Source of the DNA: the human T2T-CHM13v2.0 reference genome, Homo sapiens
NCBI RefSeq assembly: GCF_009914755.1
Contig: NC_060930.1
Direction: 5' to 3' (one strand)
DNA length: 64,000 bases
The notes under the pieces are model-generated. The model ran no database searches. It saw only the letters and a program-made list of their open reading frames with translations, and was not told where the DNA came from. Shown here piece after piece: positions 33,830 to 51,119 of this stretch (position 1 is the first letter of the stretch; every line of letters starts with the position of its first letter). Made by a program: the position numbers and the translations under genes.

Positions 33830-34490
33830 CCTGAGGGGCAGTATATGTAGTTACTAACTGCTTCTCTATCAATGAATACCAGAGCTCAGCTCTCTTCTAA
33901 AGTTGGGACCAAAAGCCTACTGGTGTTCTAAAGTGCTCCATGCACAGCCACAGGCCCCAGTCAAACCCATCTGTGGTCACATGCATATAAAATTCAAATG
34001 GGCACCCTTGGTCAATCACTCATAGAGCCTGCATCTGCTGAATAGCCCGGTTGGCTGCCAGGAAGGCAGTTTCAGCCGCACTATCTCAATCCCAGGCAAG
34101 AGAGGCATTGCTGCTTCTAAATCTGCAAGGGAGTCAGAGGTTAACATAATATCATCAACAAGACCATGACATAAGGTGGGGCTATGCATGTAGTCCTGTG
34201 GCAGCACTGTGAAAATCCATTGTTGCCCTCTCCTGAAGGCAAACTGTTCCTGGCTCTCTAGAGCAATGTCAATTGAGAAGAATGCATTGGCCAAGTCCAC
34301 TACATAGGGGTACTGTCCCAGTTCTGTTGTCAAGCAGTCCACCAAACCCATGATAGACGGCACAGCTGCCAACCCGTGTAAAACTTCCACCCCCCAGAAT
34401 GTATTCAGGTATGGGAGAGATATACATAGTGCATAAGCAGGAAGCCAAGCGGCCGATGCCAAGGTGCAGAGATACAGGTTTCACTTTCAC
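33830..34490 (-). pseudogene. Degenerate retroviral pro/pol remnant
   Basis: ORF track: YISPIPEYILG (protease tail); DLANAFFSI, FTVLPQDYMHSP, VDDIML (RT motifs); then IQQMQAL*VIDQGCPFEF..PVGFWSQL..EKQL (connection domain). Confidence 0.85.
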
Positions 34491-34764
34491 TCACCGGCCT
34501 CCATGGCCATCTATGCAGCCTTGCCTGGAAACTTATCCAGATGCAGGGACCAGTGGATTGCCAAGTCTGCATATGGCCTCTGGTCATCCAGTATCCCCCC
34601 AAGCCAGGCACCTGGGCCATTTCCCTAATCAAACAGAAAAGGCTTTACACCTCCACCTGGCTGTAGCAAGTAGTATTTGAGCTGCAGCACCCGGGTGGGA
34701 CGGGGTTGCACAGCAATGTCCTTCTCCCCCTTGGACATTTCTGGAATTGCTGCTCTGAAAACAA

Positions 34765-35565
<801 letters not shown>

Positions 35566-35573
35566 AGCTCAGG

Positions 35574-35591
35574 ATCCTGTTCATAACACCA
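35574..35591 (-). promoter_or_regulatory. Primer binding site complementary to tRNA-Ser(CGA)
   Basis: Minus strand TGGTGTTATGAACAGGAT versus expected TGGCGTCACGAACAGGAT (15/18, all C>T), 2 nt from the LTR. Confidence 0.85.
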
Positions 35592-35593
35592 AT

Positions 35594-35928
35594 CGTCAGG
35601 TTCTAACTGAGGTCTGAGGGGAGTAAGTGGGTGAGTGGCTGGTAGCTGGAAAAACACTCAAGGAATCGTAGACAGTTTTGACATGGCTTTACTCCCTCTC
35701 TGGGTGCAAGCCATACGTACAGCATCAGCAGGGTAATTATACCTTTTACAGACAATAGTGGCTCCAAGCCAAGCAAGAGTTCACATGGGTGATCACCTAA
35801 TGTGCCTCACATGGTGTGGTTACATAATGTGTGGGGTTGTGCGCCTGTGCTCCAAACTTGCTGAGTCATGCTGGACCAGATGTCTGCCTCAGCCTATTCT
35901 TGACCACAGCACATCCATTTTCCTTACA
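35594..35928 (-). mobile_element. 5' LTR (LTR18-type) of the provirus
   Basis: About 90% identical to 31686-32362 once the Alu is removed; PBS follows immediately on the minus strand. Confidence 0.9.
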
Positions 35929-36940
35929 ATCAGAATCCCCACAATAGCACACGCAAAGCTTTAACTGAGAACAGTTTAATGAAGACTATTTGCAGAGCTG
36001 TGGGCAGAGTTGAGGGAAACAACAAGGAATGGGGAAGCATCCAAGAACTAGCAACAGAGGAGACAGGAGCCATTGCGGTCCCCAGGCCTGCAGGGTCAAA
36101 GGGAAAGGATGCTGTTCTTGGAACCAACCAATGGGAGTGCTAGCCACAGGGAGAGGATTTTCCAAAACTGTGGCAAGGTGTGCAAGGACAGGGGAGAAAA
36201 ATATCCAGACCTCTCTCCATGCCTACCTCCCTCCTCTACTAATACCTCCCTTTGGCCAAACCAACCAGAAAGCAGACGGCAAGAGCTTGAGGTCCCCTAC
36301 CAGGGTGCAGAGCAGGACACACCAGGGTGCAAGACAGAGCTGGGGAACCAAGGTAAAGGAGAATAACCCACCCAGGCTTGTATTCTTTTCTTTTTCTTTA
36401 TTCTGCATTCCTTCTACCTCCATATAGCCTCTTCTACCAAGAACAGGTAGAAAACTGAGTCCTTTAGCCATGCAGTCTCATGTTTTGAAAAAAAAATAAG
36501 TTTAAAAAAAATTCTGATGAAAAGGAGTGTGAGAGAGAAAGAAGGGATTTGGAGGAAGTTAGCCTCCTATGGCTATCATTTCAAGCAGAGCTCAAACTGC
36601 AAATTATTTTTCATATTTTACTGAGAAAGATCATACAGATTTTAAAATGTTACAGCGTAGAAGAATGGTGTAAATGCACTCTGGAATAATCTTTAACCAG
36701 TAAAATGAAGCAAAGACATATCTTGCTTTTGACACAGAACAGTGGTGTCACTCCAATTTTGTAAAGCCTGACAAATGGACAATTATATCATTTAATTCTG
36801 AATCACTTAGCTTGAATGTGTTAAGAATATTTTCTTTAGTTTGGTACTCCACAGCACACACTGAAGAGATACTCCAGCCTCCACTTTCCCCTTACACGCA
36901 CAGGGATAAAGAAAATGCATTTTAAGATCATAAATGTTAA

Positions 36941-37588
<648 letters not shown>

Positions 37589-37656
37589 AACTGACTCTGG
37601 CTCAAAGAATCTCTACATAATAGTAAGCAGCATCTCTATGCATGCCCTTGGGTCAT

Positions 37657-38355
<699 letters not shown>

Positions 38356-38852
38356 GTCAATGTTTATTTCTTTTCTCCTGTACCACCCATGCCATTGCTT
38401 CCCAAAAAGAGGACCATTTTTGCTCTCATCTTCCCTTTGTTCACCCACTCAAAATGCATCATTCCTTCTTTCCTTTTGGGCCATGATATCTACTCTCAAG
38501 TATTAAAGCCAAATTATCTGACAAATTATAGGTGGCAAACAATTTGCTTCTTTCAGTTTGTGAGTATATCAATCTCCTAGGTGACAAGAGCTTTCTGGGG
38601 ACAATGCTCATTACAGAAATATGGGACTAGCAAGGCAAGAATTTCAGGCATCTAGAAAGCTGAAAATAGGAATGTTCGAGGAAATGTGGAGATTTGCAGT
38701 TGGCCTCAATAAAGAGATGTGTAGAAAGACCCAGCCCGAATCTGATGCAGGGTGGGATTTGAGCCCTTGTTAGTTCTCTCTGCAGGCAGGCAGCTGCCCT
38801 GCTTACGCTCCATAGATCCCACCACACCCTCACCCAGCCACTCGGACCACTG

Positions 38853-38920
38853 CTCCAAACTCCTAAGGTGCCTCTCTGTTTTCACACTCCAAACTCCTAA
38901 GGTGCCTCTCTGTTTTCACA
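38853..38920 (+). repeat. Perfect 34-bp tandem duplication
   Basis: (ctccaaactcctaaggtgcctctctgttttcaca)x2. Confidence 0.95.
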
Positions 38921-38989
38921 CATAGCCCCTCACATTCCTCCTCCATACAGTCTTCAAAGTCATTTTGGAAAACAATTTTATAGGGTGGT

Positions 38990-39100
38990 GGGATCAAGTA
39001 TATCCCAAACCTCAGCATCATGCAATATACCCAGGTAACAAACCTGCACATGTAACCCCTGAATCTAAAATAAAAGTTGAAATTATTTTTTAAAAAAAAG
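38990..39100 (+). mobile_element. Short L1 3' end (L1PB/L1MA-type)
   Basis: cccaaacctcagcatcatgcaatatacccaggtaacaaacctgcacatgta..tgaatctaaaataaaagttg. Confidence 0.8.
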
Positions 39101-39243
39101 AATTTCATAAATATTCTTAAATTTCATTCATTTTACAAATGAATAAAATTATGTCACAAATCTCCCCCAAGACCTCCTTAAACCCCTTTAACAAATTTCT
39201 ATTGCTGTTAGAAAACACATTACTTCTAACCATGGTCTTATAG

Positions 39244-39390
39244 CAGAGGTGAGCAAACTATAGCCCCTATGCCAGATCTGGCCCACTGACTGTTTCTGTA
39301 CAACCCATGACCCAAGAATGAATATTCCATTATTTAATGCTTAAAAAAAAAAGTTTTATGACCTGAAAATTGCATGAAATTCAAATTACG
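39244..39390 (+). mobile_element. MER58-like hAT fragment
   Basis: cagaggtgagcaaactatagccc..gccagatctggcccactg..tgtttctgta. Confidence 0.6.
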
Positions 39391-39632
39391 TGTGTGCACA
39401 GTTGTTCTTACAGTCCTTATCTGTACAGTTTTTCTTAGTTATAAGAGCTTGAAATGAAAGAACTGTGCATATTTGACCTCATACAGAGTGGACAAAAAAA
39501 ACAAGCCTAGTCTCTTAATGATTAAAATTGTAAGGCTACGTTAAAGAGGGTGATACGTACTGTATTTCTGGTTGGTACCAATGAGGTCTCCTGAGGCTTA
39601 CATTTTTTTAGGCTTAAACTTATTAGTCTTCT

Positions 39633-39941
<309 letters not shown>

Positions 39942-41319
39942 CTATTAGTCTTCTAAACTGAAAATATACCATCCCATTCTCCAACATATTCACATTTTCT
40001 CACACAAGCATAGACGTGCATACACACGCACACACACTTGCTTTTGTGTAACTATGATTTTCCCTATATAGCTACATTATTCTATCCACCTGGTTTCCAA
40101 AATAAAACTGGAAGTCATCTTTGATTCTGTCCTCTCCCTCTCCATTGGCATTGGGCAGCTACCATTTGTTGCAATCTACCTCTTTAAAAACCCTGATATC
40201 CATCCTTTTCTCCCCCTAAGACAGCCGCCCAATCCCACCACTCAACACTCTGCAGTAAAAAGTCTGTCTCTTCCCTCAAGGAGCAGACCTATTTTTGCTT
40301 GGTCTTTGTGCCTCAGCTCCTGACAACACAGTGCCTGGCACCTAGTAGGGTCTCAATTGTGCTTACTAAATGAACGATTTTTCTTATGCAATCTCTTCCT
40401 TCATTTGCGAAACCATATGGGTGCCCAGGTGGTATGACTGGCAGGAAACCAAATGGAATCCAGAAGTGATACAAAGGGACCTCCCTTAGAAATCTCCACT
40501 GGTGGAATGGATTTAACTCCCGAGCTAAAGTGTTATATTTCCGGGAGATCTGTGGTAATAATCAAATAGGTTCTCTAAGACATGAATTATCACATCAGTT
40601 CAGATCAATGTATTTCACCAACTCTCGAGATCCAGAGGGAATGGGACATAGGACAGGTGAGTTGGGGGGCGGTTAAGGAGGTCAAGTGAGATCCACAGCA
40701 TAAGACATTGCCCCATGGAGGAACCGGGTCTGAAGGAAAATTACAGAACTAAAACTCAGGTCATTTAGGCTTTGCCTGTAAAATTAGATGTATCATAAGA
40801 AAGAAAAGCCAATAATTCATGTTTGAGTCAGAAATAGGAGAGGCTATACTTCCTGTCTGGGGCCACAGCCTCTTAGGCTCTGCTTCTACTTAGAGTAATA
40901 ATTCTCATTCTAGACATGAATCTAATAAAACCATGTGTTTGGATTTCCTGGAATTTTTCTGACTGTGAATATAGACTTGTTCCCAAAAACTTCCACGTTC
41001 CATCTGCCCTCCTAAATGGGCAGTTTCCACGATGTCAGCAGAGGAAATGCAGGGAGCTGCCATGATGTCTGCCCGCTGCTGCCAGATCTCATCCAAGTGG
41101 CAGGTGAAGATTTATTCACACCCAGATACACAAGCCACTGAATTCATTTTTTAACTTATTGTCTGAGTGGAAATAGGAGGAAATAAGAGCTAACGAAATA
41201 ATTCAGTTGGTCAGAAAGTGTTTTATATCTTATTTATAAGAGTGCTCTAAACCGAGTTGAATCATCTCCAGATCTACCAGATGTCACTGGTTATTAGGAG
41301 TTGCTACAAGTCACCAAGC

Positions 41320-41465
41320 TCCTCCCTCCCTCTTTTGCTTTTGTTCTCCTATTCTTTCTTCCTTATTTTCCTCCCTTCTTTTTCCTTCCTTCCTTCCTTC
41401 CTCCCCTCTTTTCTCCTCCCTTCCTCCCCTCCTCTCCTCTCTTCTTTCCTTTCTTCCCTCTCTCC
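41320..41465. repeat. CT-rich low-complexity tract
   Basis: (TTCC/TCC)-like polypyrimidine run. Confidence 0.85.
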
Positions 41466-42178
<713 letters not shown>

Positions 42179-42311
42179 CACTCCCCCTTCTTCCTTTCCT
42201 TCCTTGTTGAGGGCTTATCACAGGCCAGATGCTATAGAGAGGAATGAGACAAAGAGAATATCACAGACCAGATGCTACAGAGAGGAATGAGACAAAGAGA
42301 ATCCCTAACAC

Positions 42312-42314
<3 letters not shown>

Positions 42315-42356
<42 letters not shown>
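42315..42356. repeat. (CA)n microsatellite
   Basis: About 21 CA units. Confidence 0.97.
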
Positions 42357-42358
<2 letters not shown>

Positions 42359-44070
42359 GATGTTACCAAAGCTCTCTTGTTTTCGGAGAGTGGCTTCTTG
42401 GACTGAGACCAGTGTTGGCTTTTGTCACATTACAGTTTAGGGTGCAGCATGCCCCGTTCTGTTGAGCGGGGTAAGGGCCAAGACAGGGTGGGACAGTGAT
42501 GATGACTGAGAGGAGTTTGACCCCTGGCTCTGCCTTTGACTTTATGAATGACATTGACAGGGGATCTGGGCTTCAAGATGCTCGCATGTGGAAAGAAGGG
42601 GTGGGATTCGAAACCTACTCAAGCCCTCTCAGTCTCAGTTGATGATAGTACCTGAAAGACCTCCTTGATGTGGGAAGGGCTCAGGGAAGACCCAAGTCTT
42701 CCAAGGTCTGAAATATTCAAAGGAAAACAAACCAAAACTGGCTCTTTGAAACGCGTGTCTAGCAAGGAATATGTACTAAATATAAGCGATTCCTATTTCT
42801 ACTGACGTAAAAGATTAAAATTGCTTTTCTGGGTCAGGCCTTTGCAGGAGCAGAGCTTGTGAGAATTGGAAAGGCTGTTAAGCGCCAGGAAAAATATTCT
42901 GCAGAGAAGCAGCGTCACCTGCTGGGATGCAGTGGTGTTGCATGTGATAAGTGAAATGACGAATCGTCAGCCTGGGTTTCTACTGAATATGAAATCAGGA
43001 ACATTAATCTTAATCAAAAGCTGAGTTTTCAAGACCACCAAACTGCGGAAAGATTTCTCCGCAGGTTAATTTTAGCCATGTTTTAGATTTATTTTTGCTT
43101 CAAACTATTCACCCATGCTATACATCTTTCTTTATAAATCAGACTCAATGATATGTGCTAGTAAAAGCCAGTTAGTCAAAATCTGTTATTTAGAGGACAC
43201 AGCTAGGATCACAGGGCTGAAGTCTCCCTTAGTTCAGGCTTCATTAAACAGCCACCCAACTCATCAGCTTCCCAGACCTCCAAGTCTCCTTCCAGCTCTA
43301 GAATTTAGCCACATGTATTTACTGAGTTCTGTTAAACACGGGACATTTTGTGTACTGAAAGATGTATGGAGAAATGTAAGATATGTTCCTGATCTCTTGT
43401 TTTGGAGACTTGGCATTAAAGTATACAAAGATAAATAGTAATTATAAAAGTTAATAATCACGCTATTAAACAAATAAAGTATGTTCAAGAGTGGTATAGA
43501 CCAATGGCTACTCTGAGAGCCAGTATTTCTGGCTGGGGGCAGAAAGAATTTAAGGGTTTCTTGAGCCACATGTGAAAAAATAACAAGAATTTTGATGAAA
43601 TTCATGGATAATAAGAAAAACTGAAGTAAGCACCAAAAAATGGAGACCAAGAACATGTTAAACGTTTTTGATAAGAAAAAAATGAAATGTGCTTGAGAAA
43701 CACCAGGAAAATCAATTTAACCTGAGTAGGAATTTTTAGGAGAATAGTTTGAGATAAGGCAGGAAAAGGAAGCTGAGACATGATGATTCTGTAAATGCAA
43801 GGATAAGGAAGTTTGAGCTTATTATTGTAAGCAATTGAAAAGCATTGAAGATTTCTGGGAAGGAAAATAAAGTGATAAGAACTGTGTCTTAAGAAGACTC
43901 ACCTGGCAATCACATGCAGGAAGGAATGATTCTAAGATGTGAAAAGATGCCCTGAATGTGTAAAAGGCAGAGTGGTAGAAAGAGGATTTTCAAGGTCACA
44001 AATGTGTATGTAAAAGCAGCAGAGAAATCTGGCTCTTTGATACTTTTTTGTATCAAACAATATACTCTAA

Positions 44071-44378
<308 letters not shown>

Positions 44379-44394
44379 AATTTAAAATAATTCT

Positions 44395-45720
44395 AAAGAC
44401 ATGAATGTAAGAGCTAAAAAACTATGAAACTGCTAGAGGAAAACTTTGGGGAAATGCTTCAGGACATTGATCTGGGCAAAGGGTTTTTGATTAAGACCTC
44501 AAAAGCTCAGGCAACAAAGTAAAAATAGGCAGATGGGATTACCTCAAGCTAAAAAGCTTCTGCACAGCAAAGGAAACCATTTTAAAAAGTGAAGAGACAA
44601 CCTACAGAATGGGAGAAAATATTTGCAAGCTGTCCATTCAACAAGGATAAATAACCAGAAAATACAAGAAACTCAAACAAGTCAATAGCAAAAAACAAAC
44701 AAGCAAACAAAACAAGAAAAAACCCCCAAAATGATCCAATTAAAAAAATAAGCAAAAGATCTGAATAGACGTTTCTTAAAAGAAGGCATGTAAACGGCCA
44801 ACAGGTGTATGAGAAAATGCTCAAACTACTAATCATCAGGTAACTGCAAATCAAAAACCACAACAAGAGAACATCTTACCCCAGTTGGAATGACTGTTGT
44901 CAAAAAGACAAAAATTAACAAATGCCAGTGAGGTTGAGAAAGGGGAACGCTCTGACACTGTTGGTAGGGATGTAAAGTAGTACAGCCATTATGGGAAACA
45001 GTATGGAGGTTCCTCAAAGAACTAAAAACAGAACTACCATATTAGCCAGCAATCCCACTGCTGCGTATATACTCAAAAGAAAGGAAATCAGTAATCAAAG
45101 AAATTTCTGCATTCCCATGTTTATTGCAGCACTATTCACAATAGCCAAGATATGGAATCAACTAAAATGCCCATCAATGAATGCATGGATAAAGAAAATG
45201 TGGTACATGTACATAATGGAATATTATTCAGCCATAAAGAAGAATGAAATCCTGTCATTTACAGCATCACAGATGGAACTGCAGGTCATTATGTTAAGCG
45301 AAATAAGCCAGGCACAGAAAAACAAATATCACGTTTTCACTCATATATGGGAGCTTACAAAGTTGATTTCATGGAGGTAGAGAACAGAATGATGGTTACC
45401 AGAGGCTGGAAAGAGTGTAGAGGAGGGGAGATGGAGAGAGGGGGGTTAATGCATATAAACATACAATTAGATAGAAGGAATAAGTTCTAGTGTTCAATAG
45501 CACAGTAGGACGACTATAGTTAACAATAATTTATTGTATATTTCAAAATAGAGGAGAAGATTTTGGATGTTCTCAACACAAAGAAATGATAAATGTTTGA
45601 GGTGATTGATATTTCAATTATCCTGATTTGATCATTACACATTGTATGCATGTATCAAAATATTACATATACCCCCAAAATATATACAATTGTGATATGT
45701 CAATAAAAAATACAAAAAAT
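44395..45720 (+). mobile_element. L1MA: ORF2 C-terminal remnant plus 3'UTR
   Basis: Translation MFIAALFTIAKIWNQLKCPS..WIKKMWYMYIMEYYSAIKKNEI..LSEISQAQK is the L1 ORF2 C-terminus; L1MA 3'UTR, AATAAA and A tail. Confidence 0.92.
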
Positions 45721-46703
45721 AATAATTCTCTATATTAACCAAGGGAATGGTCACATGGAAAGAAAATGAAAAGGAAGAAAAAAAAAAAAAGCTAAAGAGA
45801 AGGATTCTGACCCAAAGCCTAAGAGAAGCATTGACAGTGTTTTAAAGACCCCCGAGACATCTAGAAGAATAAGAATTGAGAAAAGAATTGGGAAAAGAAT
45901 TGGTTAGACATTGTTTCACATTGCAAATAATGCATAAATAATGAATTAATTGATTGACTAATTATTTAATTTTCTTTCATTATAAAGGTTTGGGCAGGAG
46001 GGAGACTTAGAAATCATCTTCCTCTCAGGACAGTAAGAATTTGTGCAACAACTTTTTAAATAGCCTTCCAACTTCAGCGTTGGGTTCAATAATGTGAGGT
46101 CACTCCTGTGCTAAGTGGACTATCCAAAGACTTGCAAACCCCCAGAGGTAGGTATCAGATATGATTACACATATCACATATGATTACACATATCTCAACA
46201 CCCGTTTTTCCTCCAAAGGTTAGATCACCACAGCCATTCCAGATTGTCCATTTTGTCAATGTCCTTCTACATACAGGGGCCAGCATTACTGAGCACATTG
46301 CCTTAAAAGTGTCCTAAAAATCAGAGTATTGAAGAGGATGATAACATCTCCCTGCTTTGGTTCACAGAGCAGAGCCTGTAAGTGTGCTCAGTCTGTGTCT
46401 GTGCAGGACAAGGGGGAGGATCTTTTTATTAGATACTCAAGTAAACAAGGTTACTTCAGTCCTACACTTGTGCACTTAACTGTGCTGAACCTAAATGTGG
46501 CATGTTTTTGTTACTCCCTTTAGTGTTTTATTTTTTTGACAGCATTTCAGCCCAGACCTAGCACTAGATCTTGTACCTGGAAAGTATTTAATATTTGGTG
46601 GATAAATAAATCAAAGGATATACTTTTTAAATTTACATTCTGTCAGCACATATGTTTACACTTCTTCTCAGTTTCCAAACATTTGAAAATCTGACAGGCA
46701 TAC

Positions 46704-47160
46704 TATATCAGTTAGGGATGCTTTTGGCAGCAAGTAACAGAAAAATTTGAGCACAAAAACCTAAACACACGAGTTTAATTTTTCTCACATAACAATAAAT
46801 CTGAGAGTAGGCAGCCCTGGGCTCATGTTGCCAGTGACACCATTAGGGACCACATTTCCTTTCATCTTTCAGATTCATTATCCTTAGCAAGCTTACTTTC
46901 ATCTTCACGCTTTTTGTCCCTTGGTCTCAAGATGCCTATCTCACCTACAGACATCACACGCACATTTCGGCCAAGAACCAAGGGAAAGGGCAAAGGGACA
47001 AATTCCATGCCAGCTGGGTCTGTCCCCTTTGTATCAGAAAAGTAAGAACTTTCCCAGAAGTGTCACTAGCCATACTTTCTTTTGCATCTTATCAGCCAGA
47101 ACTGGATCACGCAGTCATCCTTAGACTAATGACTGGCCAAGAGGAATAACTGGCTTAGAA
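46704..47160. mobile_element. Old MLT1 (J/K/L-type) LTR
   Basis: tatatcagttagggatgcttttggcagcaagtaacagaaaa..tctcacataaca..gccagaactggatcac. Confidence 0.55.
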
Positions 47161-47528
47161 TTACTATTAATTCCCAGGGACTAAGGGTGGGCCCTTCCTC
47201 CCTGAAACAAAAGGACTTCTGCTACTACCCAAATAAATTTAAGTTCTGTTAGCAGGAAAGGAGGGATATGAATATTGGGTCAATAAAGACAAGTACCTAG
47301 CACACATGCCTTCCACAATGTATATTTAGATAAGCAAGTCTTTGTGTGACTTCATTCAAGGTCATCAAAATCATGTCACTAATACAGAATTTAATAGAAG
47401 ACCCTGGAAATGACTTGTTTTCCTCCCCGTTGAGGTTATTAATTATCCACCATGAACCTAGAATAGGAACTTTTAAAAACCTTAAAATGTGCACAAGTGT
47501 TCCAATTTAGAATTTTAGGCCTGGCTAC

Positions 47529-47887
47529 TGTATTAGTCCGTTCTCATGCTGCTAATAAAGACCTACCTGAGACTGCGTAATTTATAAAGGAAAGAGGTTT
47601 AATGGATTGATGGTTCCACATGGCTGAGAAGGCTTCACAATCATGGCAGAAGACAAATGAAGAGCAAAGGGACGTCTTACATGGTGGGAGGCAAAGAGCA
47701 CGTGTGCAGGGGAACTGCCCTTTATAAAACCATCACATCTCCTGAGATGTATTCACTATCATGAGAACAGCACGGGAAAGACCCATCCCCATGATTCAGT
47801 TACCTCCCACCAGGTCCCTCCTATGGCACGTGGGTATTATCAAAATTCAAGGTGAGATATGGGTGGGGACACAGCCAAACCAAATCA
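47529..47887. mobile_element. THE1 solo LTR
   Basis: tgtattagtccgttctcatgctgctaataaag..ggggacacagccaaaccaaatca; perfect TSD gctac. Confidence 0.92.
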
Positions 47888-47973
47888 GCTACTTTGATAT
47901 TCTACCAACACCCAACACTTCATTTCTTCACCTTATGCTCTGTGTCTGTCTACCATAAGAATCTGAGTTTGTT

Positions 47974-48266
<293 letters not shown>

Positions 48267-48529
48267 TTAGGGTAATGATTATGTCTTACCCATGTCCAGA
48301 CATCACCAACACCTAGCACAACAGTTAGCATGAGCTCAATGAATATTTATTTTTAAAATAAAGTCCAAGTTATTGATGGATTAGATAGTATTATAACATG
48401 AATGTTCTATTCTCATTAGAAAGACTGTCTTGGAAATACATTTTTTGGTGCTACTAACATTTCAGCAAGTTGGTTTTCTTCTTGTGTGTATCTACTATGG
48501 AAGCTATACATGCAATGCATACTTAAGAG

Positions 48530-48872
48530 TCAATACACTTGTACTTCTATACAATGAAATATGACTCGGCAAGATAAAGGAACAAACTACGGATATGCAC
48601 CATGATGTGGATGAATCTCAAAAGCATTATACTCAGTGAAAGATGCCAGGCAGAAGAGGCTACATGTGCTGGGACTCTATTTATATGAAATATCCACAAA
48701 AGGCAAGCTATAAAGATAGAAAGTAGATTCGTGGTTGCTAGGGACAGGGGATAATGGAAATTAGCAGTAAATGTGCATGAGGGATGGAATTGGCATGATG
48801 AAAATGTGCTAAAACAGATTTATGGTGATGGTTGCACAACTTGGTACATTTGCTAAAAAAAATCACTTGAAA
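48530..48872 (+). mobile_element. L1M (L1MC/ME-type) 3' fragment
   Basis: ggatgaatctcaaaagcattatactcagtgaaaga..ttatatgaaatatcca..gtagattcgtggttgc..ggtgatggttgcacaac. Confidence 0.78.
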
Positions 48873-49065
48873 AGAGTGATGTGCAAAATATGCTCTGATA
48901 ACCATTTTAAAATCAGTTTAGGACTCTGGAAGCTTTCTGGCATTCTTAAGACAGACCAGCACCTATCTGCATAACGTTCCGAGTAGACATGAGCATCCTT
49001 CACAGGAGGGCAGTTTTCAAATGCGAGAACACAGAGGCATTCGAGGAGCATATTACCCCCAGATA

Positions 49066-49195
49066 AATTTTTGTTTGACATAGGGTCTCACTATATTGCC
49101 CAAGCTGGCCTCAAACTCCTGTGCTCAAGTTATCATCTCACTTGTGCCTTAGTCTCCCAGATAGCTGGGACTACAGGTGTGGACCACCATGCCCA
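49066..49195 (-). mobile_element. Alu monomer (FLAM/FRAM)
   Basis: Monomer flanked by cccccagataa. Confidence 0.8.
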
Positions 49196-50409
49196 TTTCC
49201 CCCCAGATAAGTCTTTAATGGAGCCTCCAATACACCGAGATTAAAGTTTCCAACATCGGCACTGGCAAAACTATAAAGGCTTCTTCTCCACAAGACCCAT
49301 AGGAGATGCTCCCTGGGTTTACATGCCCTTCCCCACGACAGACCTTCACATCAGCGCTGCAACTGGATTCAAGTGTCAGATGTGCTAGTTAATGCTGTGG
49401 GTCCCAAAGGAATGAGACGTGTAATTCTGACTAATTTCGACTGAAGATAAGTGCAATGTCTATACAAACAAAAACAACAATAAAAAGATCTTTTACTGTG
49501 TCAAACATGACTACTGCTTAGTGTACCTCTTACTTGTTTGTTATAAGTATGCTTTAAGTCTCTCTCCTTTTTCCATTTCCCACTTTGAGTTCCTCTAGAA
49601 GGACTCCCTTCTGTTACTCTTTATACATGCACTGCCTCACAGAGGAGGTAGAAAGGCCTCAGGATGGGAAAACTGAGGGGAAAAAAGCAAAACCATCATG
49701 CCACCTAAAAACTAAACTTAAGAGTATTCCTACCTCTTGCTGCGTTTTTCTTTTTTCACGTTATACCATCAACACTTTTCCTTATATTAAAATTCGTGTT
49801 TTGTTCTGGTAGTAGCTCTCCCACGTAGTATTCACAGCATTTTGCTGCTCTGGCTGGAGTGGGTGTGAGAAGCTTGGATTCTCCCACACTCAGCCTTCCC
49901 AAGATCATCATGGGAGACCCCCAGGGCTCTGTGGAACACAGTTTGAATGGAATGATTGGCAGCATCCACTTTAATGGTTGAGTAGCATTTTATTTATGGA
50001 TGAACCATAATTTTCTAAACATATTCCCTTTGTTGGCTATACAGTTTATGTCCAGGTTTTTAAACATAAGATTGTAGTAAGCAGCATGTAGCTAAATCAT
50101 TTTGCATATTCAGGATATTTTCTGAAACTTCTAAAAGTGTTACTGGGGTTCAAATTTCTGCACACCTGTATACAAGTTGAAAAAGTACACTCTAAAAATT
50201 TTGTTCCGATTAGCCTCTGGCAGAAGTGCCTGAGTGTTTGACTCCTTAGTAACTGAGTAGTGTCCTCTTTTTTAAATCCCTGCCAAGCTGATAGGTAAAA
50301 AATTGTGTTCATTATGTAAATTTACAATTCTTTGAATACTAATGAGGTTTGATTTTTTTCTATTTTGATTCGCTTTTTATGCTGTTAGGTTATTCTGCTC
50401 TTATTAGCA

Positions 50410-50710
<301 letters not shown>

Positions 50711-51119
50711 TAGCACTTTGCTTTTTAATTGGCAATTCAGTTACATTTCCTGGGAGGAAAACATTGGCTCATCTTCAGCTATCCTTGAGCCCAGACTTAA
50801 ATTTATGTTTCAAGTACTAGCCAGCAAGACAGACTCCAAGTTGCATTTCAGGTCAGAATCCGTGCATTTCTGGATCACTCTCCACCACTTTCAAGTGCAT
50901 GACCATCTCTTGAAGCACAAATTTCTTGGGCACCTAATTTAATTTAAAAACCTCAAAGAGTTCTTTGTGTCATCTTTGAGGAGAAAGACAAGCTCAGAGG
51001 TCTTGGAGGCAGCAATCAGATAAGCACCTTGCCAGAGAATCTTTGCTGAAAAATAAATTTAAATAGCAATTAATGCTTTTGTGTAAAGTTAAAGAGGAGT
51101 CTTGAGAATGTGACAGTCC

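Noticed and set aside
34016-34462. 148-aa ORF with RT motifs as a possible functional reverse transcriptase or domesticated gene
   Set aside because: The catalytic region is internally deleted (no YxDD context), the N-terminus is out of frame with protease, and adjacent frames contain stops
44991-45380. 129-aa ORF with protein-like composition
   Set aside because: C-terminal fragment of L1 ORF2 in a truncated, decayed L1MA
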